Shown piece after piece: positions 38,508 to 52,569 of a DNA stretch of 64,000 bases. Every line of letters begins with the position of its first letter. Position 1 is the first letter of the stretch. The stretch comes from Paraspadella gotoi. Lineage: Eukaryota; Animalia; Chaetognatha. The DNA is taken from NCBI GenBank assembly GCA_051294375.1, contig CM119263.1, positions 28,367,940 to 28,431,939 on the forward strand, read 5' to 3'. A program made the translations under genes and the position numbers. Below the pieces are notes generated by a model that was not told where the DNA came from, made no database searches, and worked only from the letters and a program-made list of their open reading frames with translations.

Positions 38508-41500
38508 TAACGATAACAATGAAGGAGCTAAAAGAAAATCTAAAAGGATGGAAATGAAGACGGAAATGAAGCAAATACAAAAGTTGAGAATGGAATCGAA
38601 GAAAATCTACATGAAAACAAAAATTAACGAATTGAAGACGAATGCAAATGAATTTAATACGAAAAGAAGTAAAGAAGTAAAGAATCAAAACATCAGAAAA
38701 ATAAAATCGAACAAAACAAAGATAGAGAAATCAAAGACGAACGAAACCAAACGAGGACGAGAAACGAAGAAATATTCAATCAATTTCATGACCACCCCTT
38801 CTTCCTTGTCTTCCGATAAATCAAAAATTCTAAATTTCACTAAAACCAAAAACAAGAAATCGAAATGTTTCGCTTTAAAATCACGAAATGTGAAGTGGAA
38901 AGAAAAATCGAAGATCGAAAGAACAAAATCGATCCAAGTTGAAAATTGGGATGAAAATTCTCAACTGAAAAGATTTCGAGTCTCGGAGGAAGAAGCTCCT
39001 CGTCTCTCTCCCTCTCCGTCGCACTCTCCTCGTCTAGAGAGAGATATTTAGTAGATTATGTAGAATACAGATACTCTTGGAAGTTTTCATGAATATCATC
39101 GCTAGACTTGGCTTACAGTCTTCGATACACAAAATAGTAATTGTCCCGCACATTCGGTAACATTTTATACTATAATGTTTTTTTGTAATGTACTAATAAT
39201 GGCTACAAATAATCGGTGGCTTTCTGATGTTAACCAGAAAAAAATTTAAGAACGGAACGAAGTCTAAAAACGTGACGAGAGAATCATATTCTTGAGAGTG
39301 GCATTGTGGCGACGCTGACGACGAACGACGACAGCGCGACGACGAAAAAGACGGACGACGACCGGACGGGACAATTTGACTGACAGAACGTGTTATAAGG
39401 ACTTAAATGATTAGCGTCGATGGCGCCTTAATGGGAAAAACAGGCGAAAGGGGCAAGGATCTTCCTATTTCCAGGTTTCTTGGGAGTTAATGGGAGAAAT
39501 AGAGCGGGAGAGAGAGAGTAGAGAAGAGAGATCGAGATGAGAGACGAGGAGAGAGAGTGATCAAATAACTAAAGTAAAATGTAGAGTAGAGGAAAGAAGA
39601 GAATAATGACCGAGAGAGGTGAGTGAGTGCTACTGTCTGCTTACTCGTATGGTGTTAATACCATGTGTGTTCCTGGTGGTGTCGGTCTTTGCCGTAATTC
39701 GATGATAATAGGCCAGTTATCAGTCAGCAAGCGAGTAAGAAGAGAGAGAGAGAGAAGAGATGAGAGTGAGAACGAGAGAGAGAGAGACAATTACTAAAAA
39801 AGAGGACACGTTGAGTTAGGAACTATCGCTAAATACGGTATTATTTGGCAGTCTTGTTTTTTTCTTCTTGAAAACGAGAAACATAAAAAACATCGAATTA
39901 AAAGACAAAAGAACAAATAATACTGAAGGAAAAAAAAAAGATCATAATAAAATGGCACAGAATCATTTTTTAATGTCTTTTTTTTAAATTTTTTCGGAGT
40001 GAACCAATTTTATGTCATCATTCTCCTGGTCTTTCATTTTCTCCTTTTCTCTCTTTTTTCTTTTCTTATTTTTTGTTTCTTTCCTAATTTTTTCTGTTTA
40101 AATTCCTTCCTTTCTGTATTTTTTCATTGTTTATTTCTTTGTTTCTTTCTTTCTATCTTTTATCTTTCTTTCTTTCTTCTTTCTTTCTTCTTGTCTTTCT
40201 TATATACTTTGCTTGTCTTACTTTATTCTTTTCTTTTCTTTCTTTTTCTTTTCTTTCTTTTTCTTGATGTCTTTTAGATGAAGGAATATCTTTTCTTCGT
40301 TCTTTCTTTTGTTTATTATATCTTTTGCTTGATTAACCTTCTTTTCGTTTCCATCTTGGGCTAACGCTTTGCTATATTAATTTCTATTTTTCTCCTTGTG
40401 CCTGAAAATATTTTTCCTTAATGTGGTTTTGCTTTTTTTTTCTTTTTTTCGCAGATCTTTCTTTTCTCTTCTCTCCATTATCTCTTTATTTTTCCTATCG
40501 CTTTCCAGCTTTTAAATTTTCCTTCTCTTCTCCTCCATCTAATTAAACAAAAAGGGCTTCCCGGCCTTTTGGTGGTCTTTTTGGTTAAAGGGTTTCTTGG
40601 CCTTGGGCCGGAATGAAAGGCGGGGTAAGGAAAAGTCCCTCAGCGCGGAAGAAAGCTCGAAATCGGCAAGAAATACAAAAGTGAATTTCAAACCGAAATG
40701 AAGATCCAAGAAAGACGAGGATGGTTTTTTAGTGTTATAGATGTGTGTCTAGTTGTACTAAAACAAAATATGATAAGAGATACATTGTGACTCTTTTATA
40801 TTAAAAGAAACAAAACATATACAAATAATACGATACTAGAATTTTGAAAAAAAGGCAAAAAAAAATTTCTTAGATACGCAATTCTTGTGAATTTTAACTT
40901 TTGATTTATCTAAAGAGAAAAAGAAGCCAAATTTGCGTGCTTGATTTGCAAAAAAAAGGAAAAAAACAGAACTAGGAGAAAGATAATCAACGAATTCTTT
41001 TTTCTGTCGAAATCTTTTCCTTCGAAGTAAAATAATTATTTATGACAGGCGCATGACGTTCTTTTCGTACTAAATAAAGATATAACCTCATATATACTAA
41101 TAATTAAGATAAAAAAAATTAACTGTATGATGTAACACCAATTTATGACACAAGATACTCTATTGTTAATTTTTAATCTTCAAAACATGAAAAAACGAAG
41201 AAATTTTAAATAATTTTTTCTTTCTTATACCTCTTGACGTTGTTTTTTCATACCGTTCCTTTCATGCTTGCTGTATCGGAATCACCTGAATTTATATAAA
41301 ATTGGTGCGTAGCTGAACCAATATAATATTAGTTTGTATTCATAATTTATGATACTATGTATTTTTACATATCTTATCTGCTCTCTCTCTCTCTCTCTCC
41401 GTCTCGTCTCTTCGTCTCTCTCCTCTCTCTCTCTCACCTCTAGATGAGTTTAACTTTGCTTTTTCCTACTTGATTATGTATCTCTAGTGGTTTATATTCT

Positions 41501-41994
41501 ATCATTTACATTCTAATCCGTTTGTCTTCCTTTCTTTTGATTCTTTTCTTCTTTTCTTCTTTTGTTTCCTCCAAAATTAAGTGAAATTTTTGTTAACCGT
41601 GTCCTCTCGACCTATCGACCTTTTGGGCTTTTTTTTCTTTGTGTGCCCTCATTGCCGGCAGATCAAAGCAGTAATTTTCCGTTTATTGTTCTTTTCTCCT
41701 TTTTTTCCCCTTGATTTTTTTGTTTCCCAAAAGAATAACGCGTCTTCCTTTATCCTCTCGATTGAATAATTTTCCCCCTTTCCCCCTGCATACTGGTGTA
41801 GTTTTATCGTTCCCCCATTTCTACCCTTGTCTCCCTCCTGCAATACTCATGCAAGTATCATATTCCTATATATATATAATTTCCACCAAATTGCTACCAC
41901 GGCTGCAGTACTGGCAATTCATTTTCGCCCTTTTTCCATCTTTCTCCAACGCATACTCATCGTCATTTTTCTATCTCTCCATCCTCGCCTTGCA

Positions 41995-42755
41995 TTAAGG
42001 GTCGTCAGTAATAAATTGTCTTAAAATTTTAACTTATTTATATATAAACATTTCTATAAAAGTGAGGAAACGTAACAATACAAATATTTATGAGAATTTA
42101 TGTTAATAGAAAAAAGATTTATAAAATAAATTTTGATGCCAAGTTTACGCAGTAGGTTCCATATTGATATACGTATTAGTTCCATTAATTTAAAATTTGT
42201 TAAGGTTGTGGTTTTTTCTAAAGATTTTTTCTGCCAGATTTAGATTTCGTCCCATAATAAAGTTGAAAACATAAGAAAGATAACTCGTTTTTTGAAAACA
42301 TTGCTTTCATTTAATGTTGGTCAAAATTCGAGAAAAGAAGGCTAATATTAAGGCTGTAAAATTAACTTTTTAATATAGTTAAATTACTAAAGTTTATTTA
42401 TTTTTAAACAATCTACTTACTAATGAAAGAATTTGTTGTAAAAAAAATGACTGTTGATTATTTTCTGCTGATTTTTTTTTAATAAAACCTTTTTGACGAA
42501 AAGGAAAATTCAAATCTTTGCAAATCAAAGAGTTAAAAGAAAAGGCTTAATTTGGTGAATTTTTCGTGTATTTTTGATAAGGATAGTACTCTATATATAA
42601 AATATAGGGCCTACTGCGAAAATTAAAAAACGATAAAATTAATTTTTTTTTCAAAACAAATTAAATGGTTCACTGGTGGTGATGTGTAGTTGCAATGAAT
42701 TAACTTTTGTAGAATTTTGCGTATAGTAAACTCTCACTACGCCCTTACCAACTGC
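41995..42755. mobile_element. Second, noisy copy of the 21930-22547 foldback MITE family
   Basis: Shared segments e.g. gataaggatagtact..atataaatat..ggc.ctactgcgaaaattaaaaaac and ..cactacgccctta.. Confidence 0.6.
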
Positions 42756-44959
42756 ATACTATGTTCAATTAATTTTCCCTTTCCCTGCCTGTCGTCGCGC
42801 CTGCAATACTATATAATTTATCTTTTCCCTTCCCCCCCTGAAGTACTAAATGGCAAATTTAATACATTCCCCTTCTCTTTCCCTTTGGGTTTACTGCCCT
42901 TCCCTCCACAAGCGCGTTTTTTCCACGCAAACCCCATCAATAAATTCGGCCGTGTCCCCCTCCATTTCTTGCTTAAGCGAAATTGTCTCACCTCCCCTCT
43001 CGGTTTGCTTCTGCCCTCCTTCCCTCCCTCCCTTATTCTTTCACCCCAACTTTATTAAATAATTTTCTCCAACATCTCTTCCTGCCCTCTCCGTCTTCTC
43101 CTCCATTCCCGGCGTTTTAACTTTAATTATTTCTCCCTCTTCGACACTGATCCCTTTCTCTCCGTCCTCCTCGCTCCCTTCGCCGGCTTTCATTATGTAT
43201 TTCCTCCTCCCTCCTCTTCCCACGTCTCTTGCCTCCTCTCCTTCCTCTCCGTCTTTAACACTTCTGTATTTCTCCCTCTCTTCTCCCATCGACCCTTGTC
43301 GTCCGTCCTCCATGCTTTTATTATGTCTTCTGCTCTTTCTCTCCATCGTCTCTTCTCCTAGCCCCCGGTCTTGTTGTCTTTCTTTCTTCTCTTCTGTCCA
43401 TCTCGCCCACCTCGTTTATCTTTTTCTTCTCTCTCCCTTTCTGCTTCTCCCTTCTTTTCTATCTTCTGCTCCTTCCTTCTATCTCGTTCTTTCTTCCTTG
43501 CTTTCTTTTTTTTGTTTCGTTATTTCTTCTTTTTTTTCTCTGCCTCTTTTCTGTTTTTATTCGGTCTCATGTCTCCTCTTTCTGTCCCCTTTATTAAAAT
43601 TCTCTGTCGTTCGTCCAGTGTCGCTTATGGCTTCCGTTGGTGCAGCCGTTTCCGACAGCAGCGCAGTCGGAGGAGAGGGGGATAAAGAGGGTGTAGGGAA
43701 ACGGGAAGGAAAGGGGAAAGGAGGAGTAAAGGGAAGGGGGAGGAGAAGAGGAGAGGAGAGGAGAAAGGGAAAGAAGGAAAGCAGGGAGGAAGAAGAAAGG
43801 AAGGGGAAGGAGAGGAGGTGAAGGGGGAGGGGGAAGGGGAGGAGAGAATAAGAGAGGGAGGGGAGAGAGGGCAGAGAGGTAAAAGTGGGAGGGAAGAAGG
43901 GGGAAGAGATAGAAGAGGTTAGAGGAGGTAGAAAAACAGAGGTGGAGAAGGCGGAAGTGATGTTCCTTCTCGTTGTTTTTTCTTTTTAAGTAAGTTCTGT
44001 CCTCCTCTCAATCTCATTGGGTTTGGCTTTTGTTTTAAAATCAAAACAGATAGAAGTTTGTATTTGTAAATTTGCATGTGAATTAAAGGCAAGTACCCAT
44101 CCTTCCGTACATTGAATCAGTGTTTGTATGATCAATGTATCTACATAATCGGTATTCGTGAGTTTAGAATTGGATAGTAATTCTTAAATGCAGATAATGG
44201 AAGGGAAGACAGTAATAACAAATTGTCAAAAAAAAAGAAAGAAAAAGAGATAAGAAGAATAAAGATAAAGAGATAGTGTATGTTAGATGAGGAAAACGAG
44301 TAATCCAACGCAAGCAGAATTCTATCGGCGACAGCGAAGTTTCGATCGCCATTTTTTTATGTCGTTTGGTCTGACATTCGCGTTATTGTTATTTTTGTGT
44401 CCTAAAGAAAAAATGATGACAAGGATTTCTCTCTCGTCTCACTCCTGCTCTCCTCTTCTCATCTCGTCTCTCTCTCTCCTCTCTTTTTCCAAGCGGTTGC
44501 CGTACGCAGACGACGACGGACGGTACAGGATTCGATCTGGACAAAGAGCGGACAGTACGAAAACGAACGATAGTGTGCATTTCACAGTCGACTTTTTTTT
44601 TCTGAAGAATTCACCTCTTTTTTTCTCTCTCCCGTAGTTTGATTCTGATTCACTATTAAACGAATGCACATTATTCACACATGACGTTGACATCGCGTCG
44701 ACGTCTCAGTTCACTATATTCTCACGTCGCGAGCATATCACGTGCGTACAGTCAAGATCTCATTCACGATTTCTCACTCTCACGCTCTGACTATCAATTA
44801 ATCTTAGCACACTTTCATACAACAGTCCAACTTTACAACATAATTACTAACTTGTCCCTAACATTGACTGAATTGGAGAGGCGAGAAAAAAAAAATTCCT
44901 TACTTGGATTAAATTTTCCACAGAAAATTAGTTCGTTTTTATTAGAGTTTGAGTGATAA

Positions 44960-46259
44960 AATGGAAACGTAGTAAATTCGGAGTTTCCTTACCGGTTCTC
45001 TTATCGAAACTCGCTCCTCCTCGAGTCGTTCTCCTCTGTCTCCTTACCTCATCTACTCCACCATGTTTCCGCGAAACTGTCCGTCGTTACCAGTCCCGTG
45101 CTTCATCCTTCAAGATGACTCGACAGACGTCGTCGGGCCCAAAGGATTGTCCGTGCGTGCCTGCAAATGCGTGGCATCATCGAAAGCGTTCTTTTCATGT
45201 GAACAGTAAACAGAATGTGAACGAGAAACGCGAGAGAAGTTGCGCGAAGATAAGTCATTTGTCGCATTCGGTGACAAAGGCGTGTACGAGGACGTTGGAA
45301 TTTGTCTTGTTTGTGGTCCATAGTGTAGAGTCGTCCTCTTTCGCCTTCAACAGGCCGATGATTTCGCTCTTCCGTCTATGTGCACGAATTTTCGTGTCGC
45401 CGTTCGCCGGTCGGCCTCTGTTATATTGTCGGTCAGAGAAAGCGCGAAATAGATTCCCTCCGCAGCCCGATGGAGGTTTTGTTGTCAGATGCAGGCCACA
45501 ATGACGAACGCCACCTGATTCGCTTGTAGCGAAGAATCGCATCTTGATATGGTTTTGTGACGGCGGTTGGGCGGAACGGAGTGGATCGATGAGGCAGGAG
45601 CTCGGGCGTTATTGAAGCGCTATTGATGCAGATGGAGCAAGGAAGGTAGAGGTAGGGTGGGGAGGAAGTGGGGAGGAGGTGGGGGAGGAGGTGGTAGGAA
45701 GAGGACGGAGAAGGTATGAGAGAAAATATGAGGGGGTGAAGAGAGAAGGGAATGGAAGGGAGGCAAGAGAGGGAGGAAGGAAGAGGCGGAGGAAGTGAGG
45801 AAGAGAAAGGGATAAGGATTGGGGGAGAAGTGTGGAAGGAAGAGGATAGAGGCGACGGCGGGATGAATGGAGAGGAGCTGGTTGTGTGAGGAAGTAAGAA
45901 GAGAGAAACGCGAGGGTGAGAGCAAGATATGAGAAAGCGAGAGCGGGAAGGAGAGTAGATCGTGAGGAGCAAGTTGCGATCTCGAGAGGGAAGAGGACGG
46001 AGTAGAGTGCGACGGAGAGGGGAGAGACGAGGAGAGTGGACGCGAGTAGAGGAGCAAGAGACGAGGAGAGTGGGTACGGAGAAGTGAGAGGGCGAGGATG
46101 AGTGGGACGGAGATGGGAAGGAGTCGATCGAGAGTGCTGAGCGCGAACGGGAGGAGTAGACAGGGAGTGTTGCGGACGGGAGAGGGATGAGAGACGAGGA
46201 GAGTGACACGGGAGGGCAGAGAGATCGAGGAATGAGACGGAGGGGATGGAGAGCACTGA
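44960..46259 (-). repeat. Inverted duplicate of the 5' part of the zinc-finger gene (~46877-48050), probably an assembly/amplification artefact
   Basis: ~45600-46259 is an exact reverse complement of 46877-47540 (identical translated ORFs); the rest is an indel-rich copy; N gaps lie between the arms. Confidence 0.8.
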
Positions 46260-46927
46260 GNNNNNNNNNNNNNNNNNNNNNNNNNGTCTCTCTCCCTCTC
46301 CGTCGCACTCTCCTCGTCTCTCTCCTTCTCGCTCTCGCTCTCAATCTTGCTCTCAACCTCGCGTTCTCTCTCTATCTTCTCAACAACCAGCTCCTCCCAT
46401 TCTCCCCGCGTCGCCTCTTCCCTCTTCCTCCAACTNNNNNNNNNNNNNNNNNNNNNNNNNGAAAACAAAAATCAAACGAAATATGAAGAACGAATGCAAA
46501 TGGAATTTAATACGGAAAAGAAATAAAAAGTAAAACAGTCAATCAATCGAAGAAAAATAAAAAATCGAACAAGAACAAATATAAGAGACAATACCAAAGA
46601 CCGAACGAATACCAAACGAGACGAAAACGAAGAGAAATCATCTCAATCAAATTCTCACTGACCACACCTTACTTCTTTGTCTCCGTAAATCAAAAATTCT
46701 AAATCTTACACTAACAACAAAAAAAAAACAAAAATTCGATAATGTTCCTTTAAATCACGAAGGTAAGTGAAAGAAAATCTAATTCGGAAAAAGAACAAAA
46801 ATCATCCAACGTTTGACAAAATTGGATTAAATCTCACACCTGAAATAGTTCCTCGCATTCTCGGAGAAGAAGCTCCCTCAGTGCTCTCCATCCCCTCCGT
46901 CTCATTCCTCGATCTCTCTGCCCTCCC

Positions 46928-49900
46928 GTGTCACTCTCCTCGTCTCTCATCCCTCTCCCGTCCGCAACACTCCCTGTCTACTCCTCCCGTTCGCGCTCAG
47001 CACTCTCGATCGACTCCTTCCCATCTCCGTCCCACTCATCCTCGCCCTCTCACTTCTCCGTACCCACTCTCCTCGTCTCTTGCTCCTCTACTCGCGTCCA
47101 CTCTCCTCGTCTCTCCCCTCTCCGTCGCACTCTACTCCGTCCTCTTCCCTCTCGAGATCGCAACTTGCTCCTCACGATCTACTCTCCTTCCCGCTCTCGC
47201 TTTCTCATATCTTGCTCTCACCCTCGCGTTTCTCTCTTCTTACTTCCTCACACAACCAGCTCCTCTCCATTCATCCCGCCGTCGCCTCTATCCTCTTCCT
47301 TCCACACTTCTCCCCCAATCCTTATCCCTTTCTCTTCCTCACTTCCTCCGCCTCTTCCTTCCTCCCTCTCTTGCCTCCCTTCCATTCCCTTCTCTCTTCA
47401 CCCCCTCATATTTTCTCTCATACCTTCTCCGTCCTCTTCCTACCACCTCCTCCCCCACCTCCTCCCCACTTCCTCCCCACCCTACCTCTACCTTCCTTGC
47501 TCCATCTGCATCAATAGCGCTTCAATAACGCCCGAGCTCCTCTTCAAAAGCCGCTCCGGCCTCATCGACCACTCCGTCGCCCAACACGCCGTCAAGAACC
47601 TTCAGTGCGGCATCTGCTACAAGCGAATCAGGTGGCGTTCGTCATTGTGGTTGCATCTGAAAAAAACTCATCGGGTGCGGGGGAATTTTTCGCGCTTCGT
47701 CTTGACCGATATAACAGAGGCGACGGCGAACGGCGACGACGAAATCGTCGCTGAGGAGGAGGAAATCGTCGCTGTTGAAGGCGAAGAGGACGACGACGAC
47801 TATGACCCAAAAAAGGACAAAGTTCCAACGTCTCGTCACGCTTGTCCCGAATGCGACAAGACTTACTCGCGCAACTTTTCGCTTTCCGTTCACATTCGTT
47901 CTGTTCACATGAAAAGACGCTTCGAGTGCAGCATTTGCGGCACGCGGAAATCTTGGCCGACGACGTTGTCGAGTCATTTGAAGATGAAGCACGGGGTAAC
48001 GACGGCGTTCGCGGAGAAGATGGTGGAGGTAGATGAGGAAGGAGAAGAGGAGGAAGATGAGGAGGAGGAGAAAAAAGAGGAGGAGGAGAATGAAAAGGAG
48101 GGAAGGGAAAAGGAGATGGAGAAAGAAGAGGATGTGGAGGTGGAGGAGGTAGAGGAGGAGGAGATGGTGGAGGAGGAGGAGGATCAGGAGGATGAGGAAA
48201 GGGAGGAGTCGGAAGGAGAGAGAGAGGAAACGTCGAACGATGAAGAGATTCATGAATCTGCTAAACCAAATCTCGATTCTCCTTCACCCGACGAAGTCAC
48301 AAACGTTGCTAAAAAATTGACGGATCTTATGACGAGAAATGAACTCCTGGCATCTTCAGTGAATATCGCTAAAGTCGAGAGTTCACCGTTTCCATTCACA
48401 ACCGAAAATCCGATCTCAACCATAAGTTACAAATGCCTCGTATGCAGATTCACTCATCGCTCTAAACGAATCATTTTTCGTCACATGACGAAGAAGCACA
48501 AAAAATATGACTTGAAAAAATTCATTTCTATCGTTGGCGCCAATGTCGCAGATCGACCATCTGCGATCTCAATTGCAGAAAACATTGTTGCAACTATTGA
48601 TGATGATTCTGGAAAAGAAATGAGATCAATCTCAGAAAGTTTTGACGCAGCAACAAGGTCAGTCCCAGTTGATGCTGGAGCAGAAACAAATGCTGTTGCA
48701 AAAACAAGATCAATTTCTGATGACTCTTCAGTTGAAACAAGTTCAGTTTCAGAAAACACTGTTACAACAACAAAGTCGATCTCTGAAGTTGCTGTCGCGG
48801 AAACGCGTTTAATCCTCGAAAATTCTTTTGAAACACTGAGTCGATATCTGGAAATGCTGTCGCAGCAACAGGCATCAATAACTGAGGATCCCTAGTCAAC
48901 AATTGGTCTCAGAAACCCTTTTAACTCAGCAACAAAGCAGATCACTGATGATGCTGTGTCAGAAGCGACTGTACGTTCGCTGAGAGTCATATTGATCGCA
49001 AAACAATATCAGTCGGCGCGATTATGCTATACAATCTGGGTCACATATTTGATGATCGCCACAACCAGCAAGACAACGTGAAAAAATTATTCTTCCTTTA
49101 CAAGCACGACTGCGCGCTGAACATAAGTTCCATCTACAAACAACAATATAGAATCTGCTATCGAAAAGTTAAAGAAAAGACCTTGCAACAAAAATTTTTA
49201 CCCTGGGCTTCTGTTAAAAACTTCATCAGTGTGGGACTTGCTAAAGATAAAAAACATAAAAGTGAAATATACAAATGCCTCATTTGTGGCTTCACTAATA
49301 ATTGGAGAACTCGCCCTTTATTCGCACGTCGCTCGTAAGCAACGAATTCATCGGGCAAAGATTATGTGAAACATTCCGAAAAGTCCACCCCTGTGGGTAA
49401 ACTAAAACTTCACATCCCGCAAAGATCATTTCCAAGCCACAACCTGAGGGAAACTACAAATGTCTCATTTGCCGCTAGCACAACTCATCGTTTTAAATGC
49501 AACGCGTTTTTTTGCACGTCGACGAGAGAACTCACGAACAGTCAGGCCACAATATGTAACGTTCGAGAGGTGTAACAAAAGAAGTTGAAAATTCCGTTAA
49601 AGTCCGCAAAATCACTTGCAAAATTAGGCAAAAAAATATTGAGCTAAACTCTTCGACTTCTAATACGACAACGAGAATGAAGAACAATTTTTTACTTTTT
49701 CGAAGATCCTTGCGGCGGAATTTCCCGAAAACTGGTTCCGCTTATCCCCCTCGGGTTCCACCTGCTCCCTCGCCTTCGTCCTTTCCTCCTCCTCTTCCTC
49801 CTCTCTCTCCCGATAAAAAAGTCGCCTGCGGAATTTGTCGCGAGACCTTCGTCTCCGTCACTCGACTTCAACGCCATCTGGAAGCCGTTCACTTCGGCGG

Positions 49901-52569
49901 CGACTTCACTTGCAACGTTTGCGGCGTCGTCAAAAAGCGGCGCGCTTCGATGCGACGCCATCTCGTCAACGTTCATGGAATCAATGGGAAAATGAGCGAG
50001 AGCATGGCGTCGGTGAGGGGAGGAGGGACGGCGACGACGACGACGACGACTTCTACGACGACAGCGAAGACGACGACAACGACGATGAAGTCACCGACGG
50101 CAGCGCCGCCAACAGTGGCCACGGCAACAAGAACCTCATCGAGGGCGCCGAGGACAACGACAACGACAGCTGAATCGTCAACTAATATTTTATCGTCGAC
50201 AACCTTGAAAATGATCTCGAAGATGAAGACACTACCGTCATTAAAGGAGAAAACGACGCCGCAAACATTTGAAGAAAGAAAATCAAGGAAGAAGTTGACG
50301 CCGCTCTTGTCAAAGACGCCGGCGAAAACTAATGCGACGCCGCTCTCGTCGAAAGTCTGTACGCGTAAAGAAAACGCCAAACGTCCGCCGAATTTTTTCA
50401 AAAAAGGGCGCAATAGATCTGGGACGAATTTAAAAAATACACGCTTCGCATCAGAGGTCAAAACTACAAAGTCTCAAACGATGACCGTCGCCAATGCGGA
50501 TAATTCCAAAGGCAAACCCTTTGACCGCAGAGCTCTCCAGCGCCGCGACCGCCGCAGCACCGAAGCTGCCCGCCAGGATGGCCCAAGCCCCGACAGCCGC
50601 AGCCCCGCCGCTACCCGTCACGATATCCCTCGCCTTGATCGCCCGCGCCTTAAAAACGGCGCCGTCCCTTGCCCGATCTGCGGCGTCCTCTACTCACGCG
50701 CCGACACAGTGGTCGTTCACGTCGCCGTCGCCCACAATGGCTTTCGGTTTCGCTGCGACGAGTGCGGATTCACGAAACTCTCCAAAAACACTGTGGTGGA
50801 TCACTTGAAGAAGATTCACGGAATCACAGAGAAGTTTTCGTCGAGAATGAGTTTCGTGAAGATCGAGGGAATCGGAGAATGGAAACCGACGTCGGGAAAG
50901 ACTAAGTATGGCGATCGTTTTGGAAATTGGAAGAAAGGCGATCGTCCTAACGAAGAGAGGAAAGGCGATCGTCCTAACGAAGAGAGGAAAGGCGATCGTC
51001 GTAGCAGAGGGAAGAAAGGCGATCGTTGTAACGAAGGGAAGAAGGGCGATAGTGAAAGAGGAAAGACGATCGATGAGCGGCGACGGCGACCAATAAACGC
51101 CTCCGCTGAAAACGCCGACGCTACCTACGGTTCCAGCGACAAAAACGGCCACTCCGCTACCGCTTCTAACGCCTCCGCCTGCTCCGCCGCCGCCGCCGCC
51201 GCCGCCACCACCAACGACACCGCCTGTTTCGCCGAATCTACTTCTCCGTCCAGCTCTACCCTCCCACCTTCCTCCACCTCCGTCTCCATCTCCCCAACTC
51301 CTCCACAAAAACTCTCGCCATTCGATCGACGCCGATGCACCACCTGTCACTTCGCCTCCGCATCCGCCTCAGACTTGCACCTGCGCATGCATCGCGAGAC
51401 GGCGCACGCCCGCACGCTATTCAGGTGCAGGCTATGCGTCGACTACTCGACTCGTTTTAACTCTCACGCGCGACGTCACGTGAAAGTCGTTCACCGCTGC
51501 GTCAAAAATTGGGAAGCGTTGATTCGGACGATCGAAATGACGAAGATGGCGACGACAATGGAGACGATTACAGCAGCATCAATTGTAAGAGATGATTATG
51601 AAACATGATTTTAAATGAGAATGAATTTCTCAGTCTCATATATGTCATTATCTTGTAAGAGTGATGGAGGCCTTAAACCACCAAAGCCTGTACAAAAGGT
51701 GCAATTATTAAATGAATGGATAATTTTTATATTGGTTGTACCAATTTTATAAATATTGTTAAATTAAACCTTGATAGGTTAGAGTACATTGATGCATTGA
51801 TACAATTGTCATAATAAGGCTATATATGCAAAAAGCTATACATGTTTAACTTTTTTGTACTCAGGAGGAAATTCCCTCTTATACAATGGCAACGACGACG
51901 ATGGCGACGACGATGGCGACGACGACTGAGACGACGACGGATGCGACAATGGCGTCGATGACGACGATAACGACGACGACGACTTCAAAGGCTGCAACGA
52001 TGGCAACTTCCACGCCCCCTTCCGCCATCTCCGACCCCAAGCGACGTTTCCGCTGCTTCGAATGCGGAGATTACCTCGAGACGCAATCTTCTCTCGAGTG
52101 CCATCTGCGTCTTTGTCACGCGACGGAAACTAGAGTCGAATTGTGCGACATTTGCGGAAGAGGATTTCAATGGAGGCGAGATCTCTGGCGACACCGGACG
52201 ATCCACTCGGGGAAGGAAGAGGAGGAGGAGAGATGTAGGAGGAAGAAGATCATTGAAAGAAGGAAAGTGGAGGAGGAGGAGGAGGATGAGGAAGAAGAAG
52301 AAGAAAAAGGTCAAGAGGAGGACAAAGTTAATAAAGAGAAAGAAGAGGACGAAGAAGATGAAAAGGAGAAGGAAGAGGAGGATGCCTTGAAGGAAATGGA
52401 CGGAGAAATGGAAAACTCGTGCGAGGAACGAAGCCCGTCCTCAAATGAAGCAGACTCGTCTGCTAAAAATGCAAACTCTGCTTCGGAAAAAGCAAACTCT
52501 GATTTTGAAGATGCGGAAAAAGTCGTTGATTCTTCTTCTCCAGATTCTGGAATTTCGTTGGAATTTTGA
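46928..52569 (+). CDS. Large multi-C2H2 zinc-finger protein (13 readable fingers plus ~3 frameshifted remnants); long exon to 51584, intron 51585-51864, last exon 51865-52569; true start uncertain
   Basis: Fingers include CGICYKRIRWRSSLWLHLKKTH, CPECDKTYSRNFSLSVHIRSVH, CGICRETFVSVTRLQRHLEAVH and CDICGRGFQWRRDLWRHRTIH; acidic and Thr-rich linkers. Phase-0 ATT|GTAAGA...CAG|GAG join. ~48850-49700 is frameshifted but retains YKCLICG motifs. Confidence 0.85.

Noticed and set aside
37419-39051. Long ORFs of 230-453 aa
   Set aside because: They span N gaps; the remainder is A-rich sequence duplicated at ~46460-46880.
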